Assembly: GCA_964016885.1 (NCBI GenBank)
Contig: OZ024740.1
Span: 129,642,001-129,706,000, forward strand
Origin: Eledone cirrhosa
Lineage: Eukaryota
Direction: 5' to 3'
Length of the DNA stretch: 64,000 nucleotides
Position numbers and translations under genes: made by a program. The notes beneath the pieces were generated by a model. That model worked only from the letters and a program-made list of their open reading frames with translations. It was not told the DNA's origin and searched no databases. Shown one piece after another: positions 27,931 to 43,353 of this stretch (position 1 is its first letter; each line of letters begins with the position of its first letter).

Positions 27931-27938
<8 letters not shown>
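27119..27938 (-). mobile_element. Small PLE-type/retrozyme-like element: ~543-bp unit, 1.5 tandem copies plus a 29-bp inverted piece
   Basis: 27119-27367 is repeated at ~27665-27909. 27910-27938 is the reverse complement of 27229-27257. Flanked by microsatellites. Confidence 0.75.
27299..27380 (-). ncRNA. Type I hammerhead ribozyme
   Basis: ACUCC CUGAUGA CGUAAUG...CAUUACA GAAA CUAAUUAG U U GGAGU: 5-bp stem I, stem II, palindromic stem III, GUU site. Confidence 0.8.
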
Positions 27939-27971
<33 letters not shown>

Positions 27972-28126
27972 TTGGAACTCTGAAATAGCAATATATATAT
28001 GGATGTATATATAATGTATTTTGCAATACACTTTATGCTTAATTAAAAGCATTTTGAAGACCGTATGCTATTGTTTTAGAGTAGTGACAAATTCACTCAC
28101 TTTAATCTCAGCAAACAGGGGATATA

Positions 28127-28172
28127 AGCCGACAAGGGCCTTGTTTCGCATTTGTTGAAGCTTATCAAGGCT
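28127..28172 (-). ncRNA. Type I hammerhead, U3-A8 core variant (inverted copy)
   Basis: Reverse complement of the motif at 28766, with one stem II mismatch. Confidence 0.65.
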
Positions 28173-28447
28173 AACTACCCCTCCTGTCTACTGTGATTAC
28201 TGCTGTTATATTCTTATAGAATTCTAGTAAATAATCAGGAGCTGATTATACAGAGCGATTGTTGGTCAGGCAGAAAGAAAAAATTAGAATGGGAGCTCTG
28301 AAAAAGCAATATATATATGGATGTATATATTATGTATTTTTAATTTCTGCCTGACCAACAATCGCTCTGTATAATCAGCTCCTGATTATTTACTAGAATT
28401 CTATAAGAATATAACATCAGTAATCTCAGTAGACAGGAGGGGTAGTT

Positions 28448-28493
28448 AGCCTTGATAATCTTCAACAAAAGCGAAACAAGGCCCTTGTCGGCT
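28448..28493 (+). ncRNA. Type I hammerhead, U3-A8 core variant
   Basis: AGCC UUGAUAA UCUUCAACAAAAGC GAAA CAAGGCCCUUG UC GGCU; the first base of stem II is mutated. Confidence 0.65.
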
Positions 28494-28765
28494 TATCTCC
28501 CCTGTTTGCTGAGATTAAAGTGAGTGAATTTGTCACTACTCTAAAACAATAGCATACGGTCTTCGAAATGCTTTTAATTAAGCATAAAGTGTATTGCAAA
28601 ATACATTATATCTACATCCATATATATATTGCTATTTCAGAGCTCCAACTCTAATTTTTAATTTCTGCCTGACCAACAACCGCCCTGTATAATAAGCTCC
28701 TGATTATTTACTAGAATTCTATAAGAATATAACATCAGTAATCTCAGTAGACAGGAGGAGTAGTT

Positions 28766-28811
28766 AGCCTTGATAAGCTTCAACAAAAGCGAAACAAGGC
28801 CCTTGTCGGTT
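28766..28811 (+). ncRNA. Type I hammerhead, U3-A8 core variant
   Basis: AGCC UUGAUAA GCUU-CAACAA-AAGC GAAA CAAGG-C-CCUUG UC GGUU, GUC site. Stem I extends via AAUCUCAGUAGACAGG / CCUGUUUGCUGAGAUU. Confidence 0.75.
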
Positions 28812-28935
28812 TATCTCCCCTGTTTGCTGAGATTCAAGTGAATGAATTTGTCACTACTCTAAAACAATAGCATACGGTCTTCAAAATGCTTTTAATTAAG
28901 CATAAAGTGTATTGCAAAATACATTATATATACAT

Positions 28936-29009
<74 letters not shown>

Positions 29010-29163
29010 AATAATAAATTTGAAGACTAAAATCAAATATATAAGAACGGTAGAGCAAATATTTATTAAAACAACAGATTAAAGTTAAAGCAAAGAATCG
29101 CTGCTTTCACCCTTAACGGGATCTTCTGAAACTAACAAAGTCAATCTGTAAACGCAGAAGTGA

Positions 29164-30895
<1,732 letters not shown>

Positions 30896-30917
30896 TTTTA
30901 ATACTTATTAATATGAG

Positions 30918-31298
30918 TGGTATCGGTAGACCATCGGCACCCTGCTTCGTGGCTTTGTGTTATGGCCTTTTACGTTCTGCGAAGTTTGATCTGCCTTTTA
31001 TCCTTATTGCGTCGATAAAATAAAGTACTAGCAATGAACTGGGATCGATTTAATCGACTTTACCCATCCATTACATTGCTGGCCTTATGTTTATAGAATA
31101 ATTCATTATTATTATGAAAAATGCGGTGGATTGGCAGTTTGATAGAGAGTCGGATGCCATGCTTTGCAGCATATTGTTACGGTCCTTTACGTCTGAGTTC
31201 AAATACCACCGAGGTTAACTTTGCCTTTTATCCTGATGAGGTCGATAAAATAATGTATCAGTAATTCTAGCCATGTGCATGAAGTAGAAACAATTATT
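30918..31298 (+). mobile_element. Two adjacent SINE family A copies
   Basis: Core GCCTTTTATCCT...GTCGATAAAATAA occurs twice, with a B-box at ~31195. Confidence 0.65.
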
Positions 31299-31764
31299 GT
31301 TATTATGAATTGGACATAGTAATTAGCACATAACTAGCGCTCGTGTTGGTAAGTAATTAGATATATAGTGAGAAGTGCACTAGCAGTCGTAGTCTATGAC
31401 AAACTTATATCTATAAATATAAAGAGTGTGTAACAGTTACTGCAACAATATGTGTATATCTATCTATCTATCTATATGTGTTAAGATGTAGACGAGAGTG
31501 TAGATGTTAAGATATATCTGAGGACCTACCGTTTCCAGAGTCAGTTTCCGTAATTAATAAATTGCTCCTCGACATGACCAACAGTGAGATATATGTAATA
31601 TGTAATTAATGATGTATATGATGCCACACCGATTCTTAGGTCCCTCATATATTTATGTTATTGATACTCTGCTCGCCAAGAGCATCGGGTGTTCATTCGG
31701 GATACCGCCTACGGACGCAGTTAATTTCTAACTTGAATACCAATATATATATATATATATATAT

Positions 31765-31815
31765 AAGTATGTATGTATACGTACATACATATATGTATAC
31801 AGACGTACAGTAGCA

Positions 31816-31853
<38 letters not shown>

Positions 31854-31917
31854 CAGGTACACATACATATATGCACGCATCAGTTTAGCGGACGCTTATT
31901 ATAACGCCGCTTTGTTC

Positions 31918-32006
<89 letters not shown>

Positions 32007-33244
32007 AGTGTTGAACAAAAAGGTGACGTGGTTGCCTTAACACCGTATGGCATAAATTCAGGCTGTTCAGTTTGTTTACAAACGAACAAAGCGGCGTTAT
32101 AATAAGCGTCCGCTAAACTGATGCGTGCATATATGTATGTGTACCTGTATGCATATATATATATATTTATATATGCATGCTACTGTACGTCTGTATACAT
32201 ATATGTATGTACGTATACATACATACTTACATTTAAGTAAGTGCCATACTAAGAGTGAGAAATGAAATTTCGTTTTCATTTTATTTCAACTTATATATAT
32301 ATATATATATAGAAGGTATGTATGTATCTATACGTGCATACATATATGTATACAGACGTACAGTAGTATGTATATATATACATACATGCACACATATATA
32401 TATATATGCACGTATCGGTTTACCGAACATTTATTATAATCCTCGGTTTGTTTGTTTGTAAACAAACAAACAGCCCGAATTACGCCGTACAGTATTTAGG
32501 GAACCACGTCACCTTTTTGTTCAACACTGACTCAGGAACGATGTACTAGTTTCAAGCTTATTAGCTATTGTCAGCGTCGTATACCTTCCTGCCAGTTGGT
32601 TGAACGTCTGAAAGTATATACTTTCCTTTTGCATATTAACGGCTGAGCAGCCTAATTTGCATATCGAGTGGGTCCAGTCGGCCAGGCACACCGAAAACGA
32701 TGAATGGATTAGAATGAAACGAAATTTCAGTTCTCACTCTTAGACGGCACTTATTTGAATGTAAGTATGTATGTATCTATACCTACATACATATATGTAT
32801 ACAGACGTAGTGTAGTATGTATATATATATATATATATATACATACATGCACACATATATATATGACGTATCGGTTTACCGAACATTTATTATAATGCTC
32901 GGTATGTTTGTTTGTAAACAAACAGTCCGAATTACGCCTTTCAATGTTTAGGCAACCGCGTCACCTTTTTGTTCAACACTGAAACAGGAACGATGTACTA
33001 GTTTCAAGCTTATCAGTGTTGAACAAAAAGGTAACGTGGTTGTCTAAACACTGTACGGCGTAATTCGGGCTCTGTTTGTTTGTTTACAAACAAAAAAAAC
33101 GAGCATTATAATAAATGTTCGGTAAACCGATACGTTCATATATATATATATGTGTGCATGTATGTATATATATATATACATACTACTGTACGTCTGTATA
33201 GGTATATGTATGTACGTATAGATACATACATACTTACATTCAAG
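31765..33244. repeat. Four copies of one ~250-460-bp module in alternating orientation (+,-,+,+,- fragments)
   Basis: TATACAGACGTACAGTAG...TTATTATAA...GTTCAACACTGA recurs on both strands, with a (TG)n spacer in the first inversion. Confidence 0.8.
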
Positions 33245-33479
33245 CATCGTCTACGCGCGTGTTGCGCATGTACTTGAAACAATAAATTTGAACACTTCTT
33301 TACACAAAGATAATATCAATATGCGAAACTACAATTGTCACTGCTGGCGCAGCTCCTGCTTCGGCAGTGCAGGTTTGCAATGCAACCAGTGCATGGCAGA
33401 CAAAGAAGTGCTGCCATAAAATGGGTGGTGCAACCTAACTTTGGTACTGACCCCGAGCAACGCCGGGCTTTAATGCTAG
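33245..33479 (+). mobile_element. Helitron 3' end, same family as 26131-27047
   Basis: High similarity to 26805-27047, with hairpin and CTAG|T. Confidence 0.75.
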
Positions 33480-33500
33480 TATATATATATATATATATAT

Positions 33501-33850
33501 AATTTAAGTATGCAGAGTTACAATTAGTGATAATATATTTAACTATATCGGTGCTACTTCTACAGAATTTAAAAGTCGCTGGAATAACCATAATTGTTCT
33601 TTCCGAAGATTTGATAACAAATATTCTACTTCTCTTTCAAACCTGATATGGAACTTAAAATGCAAGAATATGGACTATTCATTAGCTTGGTAAACGGTTA
33701 CAAAAGCACCCGCGTACCGAAACACAGCTGTATCTAGAATTTGCAAACTGTGTATCGAGGACATTTGTTACATACTTAAATATAAAAACTCTAAGAACAA
33801 ATTTATTTAATTCCTGTAGACATCGCCAGATTTCAACATTCAGAACTATA
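33501..33850 (+). pseudogene. 5'-truncated PLE: degraded GIY-YIG endonuclease, followed by an AT-rich probable 3' UTR to ~34960
   Basis: CRVTISDNIFNYIGATSTEFKSRWNNHNCSFR...STSLSNLIWNLK..MDYSLAW*...ICKLCIE...CRHR parallels the C-terminus of the 46759 ORF. Confidence 0.8.
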
Positions 33851-34371
33851 TATAACTTATAATTATACTTATAATATTCCTACTCATCCACTTGGTTTTA
33901 ACATATTGATATCTCTAAATCATAATATCGATAACATTTGCAGTAATTCCACTTCTTAATAGTTTCATAAAATATTTACGTATATAATTCTATTTTTTTT
34001 TTTATTTTAACTTTAATAATTTTTATTTCATTAATTTTTATTTCTTTAAAAAATTACTTATCTCTCATAAATACCTCAAATTTTTCAATATTTTTTCAAT
34101 ATTTTTCAATATTTTTCAATATTTTTCAATATTTTTTCAAATATTTTTTCAATAGATTTATAACCACTAATTTAGTCTCACACTAAATAAATTAAACCGG
34201 AGTTTTTTCCGTATCTTCTCATTTTAAATCATATAAGTATAAATATTCTTCTTGAACTTAGTTAATTTAATTTAATTTAATTTAACTTAATATTTATTTA
34301 CATTAAATACAAAACCAATATCCCTCATAACTCATTAGAACAATTATCTATAACATCATATACCCATCTAT

Positions 34372-34414
<43 letters not shown>

Positions 34415-34966
34415 TCTACTTATAACAGAAGAAAATATTATATTTTAAACACATTTTTAACAATTAATAATCGTAAACACACGTACTATTAAGAATATAT
34501 TTCTCTCAAATTAACGTTATATGAGTTTTATTCATCTTCCCTTTTTTTCTATCTTCTCTCTCTCGCACAATTTATCCTTCTCCATTATATCTTCTCTCTC
34601 CATAGTCGTTTAAATAAACGGTTGTTTTTCAATTATTTATATATTCATTTGCATATTCACCCATAAGCTTGAAAAATCCTAATATATTTCGACTATCCAG
34701 AGAATATCCAACAGATAAGGTATGATTTTCATGGGTATGTCTCTATTTATAAAACAAACTTTGTATTGTATATGAGGAAAGCGCACCAATGTGTTTTGGT
34801 ACCCTTGAAATATATATAATAAAATACATATGGTTTTATAAATATATATGATATTTATAACATGTGCCAACACATTTTGTTGAGTTTTGACATGAACCTT
34901 TGTACATGCTATACATATCCTTTATATAAATACCAGGAGCGATTTTCAAAGCCTTCCTTTTAACAG

Positions 34967-35002
<36 letters not shown>

Positions 35003-35429
35003 TCTATACATAATTTAATTGCCATTATCCTTATATTTCAAAGAAGGATAAAATATTTCTGAAGAATGATTGTAACAGTCGAATGGCCAAGGAAATAATA
35101 AAATAAAAAACTCTTTTTTACGCATTTAACTCTATGTATGTGTGAACGCATTGTTGGGGCTATATGAATGTATCAATACCACCTCTTTATCTCAGTCTAT
35201 CTCTCCCCATTTCTCTCTCTCTCTCTGTCGCTCTCTCTCTCTCAAGCGTGAACGTAATACTAACACTGTTTTTACTGCACTCTTCGTTATCGATTTTGTT
35301 TTTTGTTTTAACTTATATATATACACACACACACGCACGCACACACACACACACACACATACACACACACACACATACACGCACACACACACACACACAC
35401 ACACACGTATATATATATATATATGTGGA

Positions 35430-35609
35430 TTGGCAGTATCGGTAGAGGGTCGGACGCCATGTTTTCCAACATATTTACGTCTCTTTACGATCTGAGTTCA
35501 AATACCGCCGAGGTTGACTTTGCCTTTCATCCTTACGGGGTCGATAAAATAAAGTACCAGTAATGCACTGGGTAATTGCTGGCCTTGTGCCTAAAGTAGA
35601 AACAATTAT
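35430..35609 (+). mobile_element. SINE family A copy, best preserved
   Basis: Head, GAGTTCAAATACC, core and tail present. Confidence 0.75.
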
Positions 35610-36749
35610 GAATTCATAGATTGTTTTGTAAATTAGCGTTTAGTTCAATATAAATAATTTATTAGTAAAATATTTTATTTTATTTCATTTTTTATGGACT
35701 GTCATATTGAAGTACCACATTAACTGAAGGTGAAGTTTAGACACATTCTCTCGACCATTTACTCACTAGGTTGATATCTAATCTTTAATGCATTTATAAA
35801 GTGCAATAATCGTGAACGTGAAGTAAAACGACTGCTAAAGGTGTCTCTTTTGGTGGATCGTATCTTTATTTCTATCGCATTCATCATGATTTAACAATAG
35901 ATAAGCTCTCAACAAACCTATAATGGTGGATGTTAAATTTATTAACTGTAAATCGTGATTGAAAAGACATTTTTTTGTTTTTCGAGTTTTTATTTTTCCA
36001 TCACATTTGCCACGATAGAAAAATAGATAAATACTCTCACAAGCGTATTTATGACATATAGTTCCAAGGACAGATTGCAACCATTCCACTTCGCTTACAC
36101 ATTTTCTTTTGGTATCTAAGATATGTATTATAGATACAACATTACTATAGCTAACATATCTTCCGGCATAACGATATAATCAAAACACTGTATATTCATT
36201 TAAATATACCGTTTGGCAGGGTTAGTGTAAACGTTTGTCTGAGGGTAAAGATTCGTTTTTATGAAATTTGAAACTGTTTTCTTTGGATGTAACTAAAACT
36301 TCATAATTGTTCAAATCATTTAAAAGTGAAAGTGTAATTTCCAATAAGTTGCACGAATATGAATCTGTAAAATTAAAAATTCAATAAGTTAATCTGAAAT
36401 ATTTTGCTTCATAAATTATTTGGTAATTACATTTCGGGGTTGTCATTAAAAACTGTTCCTAACTTTGAGATAGCATGTGGGAAAACCAGATGTGATAATG
36501 ACTTTACACAATATAACCTCTAGCTATTGTCATATGAACATTAGAAATTATCTATGCTCACAAGCTAAATATCCTTCGATATTTCCCAAGTGTCGAAATG
36601 AAAGAAACAGTATGCTAGTCCTAGTTGATCTCCACTCTCTACGTCCTTAATGTAACTTGCATCGAAAAGATAAACGTTGGTAGAAAAAGTTTGTGCATAT
36701 GCTTGAGGGAAATAGATAATAAACACAGAATTAATACATGTTACTGCTA

Positions 36750-37778
36750 TATACAGGCATATGTGTTGATATTCTTTAGTAATTAAATACTGTAACGTGA
36801 AGACATCTATTCAGGGGAAATATCAAGTCTATAGTTATAACAAGTCTCTGGTAATAACAACTGAAATTTCAGATTATAATCCGCTATATTATTGAGGCGG
36901 TACATTTCGACTATAATACATTTGAAGAAGCCACACCAATATTCTTTGTTGAAAGTACCAATTCATCAGATCAGGAATTGAAATTATAACTATTTGAATA
37001 ATCTTTCAAAAGCAAATCCTTTTGTTATTAAAAATGCACATGTAATATAGCATAATAAACCCAGGTGAATATGTGGATTTGGCACGAATACATATATGTG
37101 TGTGTTATTATGGTTTACATGATACATCATGGAATAATAAATGCAAACTATGCTGATTATATTGAATAGTCAGCGGCTTTTATTAATGGTTATTATTAGT
37201 GTGCAGCATATTAACGGCAATTTCACATCACCGTTTGCTCATATTTCTTAGTTAACCACACATTTTTCTCCTGCAACTGAGCAATTATATAAGAGAAAAT
37301 GGTACTGTTGGCGAGCAGTGTCTAGTTACCTTAATATTAAGCTGAATTACTACACAAATACATTATTTCTTAGCGTTGTAAGAACTAGTAGTAAATAGGA
37401 GCTTACGGAAATATTTATAATAACAGTATCAATAGTTTTGTTCAGTCTACTCCTTTTCTAAACAAACTCATCGATCCACACCGAACTAAATATTTGTAGA
37501 ATAAAATATTGATCCTTACATATAATCACATGTGTAATGTTTACTGTCACACACATATACAAGGATATATGAAATTTAATAAGCTAAGTTTAAAGTTCGT
37601 TACTAAATCATGTTCTCTGGCGAATAATATTTCATATTTCGTCATTAAAAATCGATTTTTGTATATTGCTCAATACTTTGAAACTGAGCATCACATAATA
37701 GTCTTTGATGTGATAATCATTTTCATGATCATTCTCTTTCATGTGACTGCTAAAAAGAAGAATCGGAAGGTTATTTGA
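36750..37778 (+). pseudogene. Possible heavily decayed 7TM (adhesion/Methuselah-like GPCR) coding sequence
   Basis: Unique non-repeat sequence with hydrophobic fragments, ending FLYIAQYFETEHHIIVFDVIIIFMIILFHVTAKKKNRKVI (TM6/7 plus basic tail-like). Many stops; resemblance only. Confidence 0.25.
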
Positions 37779-38045
37779 CTCCGTGCTAGGTTTCACATAG
37801 ACTACTCTGACCAACAGTTTTATTCAAAAGAGTATGATGAATATGGTTCTGTCATCATTTTTGACTATTCGTCACTTTAGTTAACTTTTAACCAATTGCA
37901 GCATATTGAACTTGGAAACCGTTTAATTCTAGAGGATTGTTGTTAGCTAAATCCGCACCACACGTGATTATACACATATATGCAAACGTCCACCCCCACA
38001 CACACGCACACTAACACAAACATCCACACACACACACACACACAT

Positions 38046-38138
<93 letters not shown>

Positions 38139-38150
38139 CATATATGTATA

Positions 38151-38272
<122 letters not shown>

Positions 38273-38317
38273 TAAACAAATAATGAATAAACAATTCCTT
38301 ATATTAAACAAAAAAAG

Positions 38318-38472
38318 TTCATTATTTAACGATCGTTTCTAGGGTATATATGTGTTATAATTGGTATGCATATTCAACAGATCTATGTACAAAATTATAC
38401 AAAATTATACAAATTATCAAGATTAAATATACATACCTAACACATATATACGCCGTCTTCAGAAATAATGAA
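38318..38472 (-). ncRNA. Type I hammerhead (inverted pLTR copy)
   Basis: Reverse complement of 46261-46415. Confidence 0.8.
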
Positions 38473-39453
38473 GTATATTTATTGATAATAACAACAATTC
38501 AAAATATCAGTTCAAAATTGACCAATGAAAACACAAAGGGTTAAAAGCAGTTCGGTGTGTGTATATACATGTAAAATCCTTACACATATTTTACAAAAAT
38601 GTGTGTATAATTTGTATACGCATACTAAAAAGATGGATGCAAACACACAATTTCAAGGTTAATATCTCTGTAAGCTTAATGCGCTGATAAGATGCGCATT
38701 GATACTTATGGAGTCAAGCATATAAATATATTTTTTCATACTCACACATATCAGTATAATCACACATACATGCGCGTATATGCATAAATATACACATAAC
38801 CACGAACATACAAACACACACACTCCCCCACTCACTTTTATATATGTGGATATAAAATCATAAGCACATAGAAATTAAATCACTCACATAAAACACTGGC
38901 ACACACATTTCAAGATCAAGATACAGAAATTAGGTGGGAGGGGGGGGAGGGGTCAGTATTCAATTGTCTGAGCAGACTGCCTAATATAAATGTATCTATA
39001 AATTAAGAAAAATAAAAAAATAAAACAATAAAATATAATAACTATAATATAATATATATACACATACAGATATATAAACACACATACATACATGTACGCA
39101 CACATAGAGATATTTACGCATACACACATACACACATACATATACAGTCATACACACACATACACTTACACGAACATACACATACACATATAAAAAGATA
39201 TATATATACACACACACACACGCGCAACACATACACACATACACATATATATAAAAAAAAATAGATAATAAAGATATATATCCATACACATATATATACA
39301 CACACACATATATATATATATATACACATATATATATATATATATATATACATATATATACACACATACATACACATACATCTAAATATACATACACATA
39401 CATACACACATACATGTACATACTTGTACATACATATACGCACATCGATATAC

Positions 39454-39490
<37 letters not shown>

Positions 39491-39836
39491 CACTCACATA
39501 GACATATAGATACATACACACACAACTTACATACACACGTATATATATATATATATATATATAGATGTACCTTCATACATAGAATTAGATATATAATCAT
39601 ACATACATATGCACCTACTTATACTCATATATATAAAAATACATACGCTTCCATAAATGTGTATATACATAAAAAACAATACAACCTCACCAAACTCAGA
39701 CATACAAATAAAGATAATAATAAAAAATAATAATAAAAATGCATATGTATATACATACACACACGCATTAATAGAGATATATATATATATACACACATAC
39801 ATACACATATATATATATACATACACACACATATAT

Positions 39837-39887
<51 letters not shown>

Positions 39888-39893
39888 TAGACT

Positions 39894-39930
<37 letters not shown>

Positions 39931-40226
39931 ATATATATCCACACACACATACCACCATAAAAACACATACAAACACCCACATGTATATATATATATATAA
40001 ATATATCCATATACACACACGTACATATATATACATATATATACATATATATATATATATACACACACATAAAAAACAGACATGCACATATATATATATA
40101 TATATATTTTATTACTCTTATATATACACATATTATATATACATACACAACCTCACTTATACACATATACACATAAGTTATATTATAATAATAAAGAATA
40201 ATATACATATACATATATACATATAC

Positions 40227-40258
<32 letters not shown>

Positions 40259-40367
40259 ATACACATACATACATACACATAAATATATACATACATAAAT
40301 ACACACATACGAATAAAGACATATATTCACACATAGACACCTATATATATATATATATATATATATC

Positions 40368-40416
<49 letters not shown>

Positions 40417-41561
40417 ACACACACACACACACACAGACACACATACACACTCACATATATATATATATATATATGTGTATGTGTGTGTGCGCACATACAC
40501 ATATATACACACACACATACAAACACACACAAACACATACATATGCATACGTGCACACACACACACATATATCACATAGATACGAAGATAAACATATAAA
40601 TAGAGAGACATACATATATATACACAACACACATACACATACATACATACACGCATATACATATACATACATATATACACATATATATATTCATATATAT
40701 ACAAGCATACACATACATACACATATATACACATACATACACATATACATATAACACATTCACATACACACACATATATAATGCATATATATACATATAT
40801 ATACATACATATGTATGTACAATCATATATACACACACAATCTTACATTCATATTTGCATGCTCATATATGTATTTTTATATTTAGATATAAATACCCAA
40901 ACCTATATAGACACCTACCTACATATATATTCATACATAGACGCTTACAAATACAGATGATAATAGTATGGGGGAAAGGGGGGGTTTGGAGAAGGGGATC
41001 AAAGTAAATATATGTTTCAAGAAACATATAATATTTTCCGTATCTTAATTCAATGTATGTTCTTACATATTTTCAGTGCTAGGAAATACGAAATCTATGC
41101 ATCTCAAAATAAATAAGTATACCATTAATCATATGTTAACTAAACCAAAGATAGTCAACATATTGATTTATAAGGTGTAAATTAGTTAGGTTTATAATAT
41201 TTGAAGCAGAATTTTGAAGTCAAACAGTAGTAGATTATTAATTACAGTATAACTAAATTAAAGTTAATAACGTTATGGTATCAATATTAGGAGATGAATT
41301 TAGTAATAGGGAAAAGAAACCCAAATAAAAATAAAATAAAGTATTACATCGGTAGTAGCATATAAATTATATGTTAACTAAATTAAAAATTATATATTTA
41401 TTTCAATAGTATACGTTAACTAGTATATGTTAATTAGGTATACAATACATAAAGCAGATATTGTATTTCATCAATAGCATAATATAATTATATGCAAATA
41501 GAAATCAAAATTAATACGCATACATATACATATACGTACACATACACATATACATACATAT

Positions 41562-41610
<49 letters not shown>

Positions 41611-42139
41611 TACACATATATACATACATACAGATACACATACACAACACACACATATACATACACATATACATATACATATCTTTTTCAAAAAATTGCA
41701 CAGAATATATTAACTAGGTATATATCCAAAACACATCCCATTCTATGATTACATGACATTCTGCAATTCGTCTGTATAAGGATACTAATTTTAAGCAAAT
41801 TAAAATTAAAATTTATAGGTTGATTAAAACTAAAACCAAATAATAAATATATTTCCAAAATGTATATTAATTATGTCTATAATACTAAAAATTATTTCTC
41901 CGTCATTGGAAACATGATATTATTTTGCTATATTTTATCTGTAAAAGAATTATAATAAAAGGTTTAAATAAATTAAAATTAATCTATAAATTAAATTACT
42001 AAGTATATATTAGTAATATTTAAAGGTTTTTCACAATATATGATTACATAATATTTTCTCATCTGTAATAAAATATTAATTAAATTAAATTTATAGGTTA
42101 ACTAACATTTAAATTAAATTAATTTCTAGAATAATGTTA

Positions 42140-43353
42140 TTAATTAGGTTTATAATATTTAAATGTTTTTTTTAGTTTATGATTACACGATATAATTAAT
42201 TCCTGTCGTTTATTTAATAAGATATCCTTAGACCTCATTATTTCAAATAGTTCTTGGGAACATAATCTACATTCCTTTCTATTATTTTGATAAGGGGTGG
42301 CTCTTTTGAGCACACTCCAGGTCAAATCATATTTTATATTCTTATTTTTATAACTATTGATTTTTTCTGCTAGAGATGTTGTATTAGCCAGTGCGGCATT
42401 TTTAAAACTATGCTTGTGGGTATTAAACCTTGTCTTAAAATTGTTAGAGGTAGCTCCTATATATGAGCAAATAGAATCTTTAGTTTTAACATTACATTTA
42501 TAGACTATGTTGTTAACAAGACAATTCCCTTTTAATGGGCAGTTTGTTTTGTTTCTACAGTTACATCTTTTCGTTAATTCTGTATTTGAGGAGATATTAT
42601 TGTTAATTTGATGTACTGGTGGTATACTTATGGTTTTCTTACATTTATATGCATTATATGCACTTATATTTTGTTTTATGTTATTTGTTGTAGAGTATGA
42701 GAATTTAACTGTAGACCTATTTAAGATTTGATGGTATTTGTGGTTTGGCGGGAAGTTTTTCTCAAGGATATAAAAACATTTTTTAGCAATATTATCCTTA
42801 ACTTGTAAATTAAAAGGAGCATTATACCAAGTAACTCGTCTATTACGGTTTCTATGTTGTTTATTATTTTTATTATTTTTATAGGTTGTATCATGATTTT
42901 TACTAGGAGGATTAATGTTAATGATCTCACCACAACTATTTTTAGTTATATTTGTAGATTTAGGTGTTTTATCTTTTTTATTAGGAGTTTTATTATTAAT
43001 ATTTATTATAGTTGTATGATGAGTAGTTTTTTGAGGGTTACTATACTTTATATTAGAAGATTTAGTATTTTGGGGTATATTGTGGGTGGCATTTAGGTGT
43101 GTACTTTTCATTTGGTGTTTGTTGGTAATATTATGCTGTATGCTTTCAGTATTTTTAGTAGAAGGTATATACTCTAATCTATTTTTGTGGCCACTTCTAT
43201 CTAGAGCTTCATTATAAAAGGTCGCATTTTTATCAAATACATCTTGGTTAGAAGAAAGGTTAGAAATTCTAAGTGATATATTATATGCAAGGTTTTTAAG
43301 GATAGATTTAGGGTGATTAGATTGTGAGTGTATGTAATGTAAGTTTTGGTTAG
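42140..43353 (-). pseudogene. C-terminal half of the PLE ORF (thumb, linker, GIY-YIG) in the inverted copy
   Basis: Translation is identical to the 46759 ORF from NQNLHYIH onward. The ATG at 43360 comes from the junction. Confidence 0.9.

Larger units (their letters stand above)
27966..28940. mobile_element. Small PLE-type/retrozyme-like element: ~318-bp unit, inverted copy (27966-28340) plus ~1.9 tandem copies (28341-28940), in (TA)n
   Basis: AATTTCTGCCTGACC at 28342 and 28660, with the reverse complement upstream. Confidence 0.85.

Noticed and set aside
31298-31745. Possible solo LTR (TG start, AATAAA, CA end)
   Set aside because: No second LTR, TSD or primer-binding site identified.
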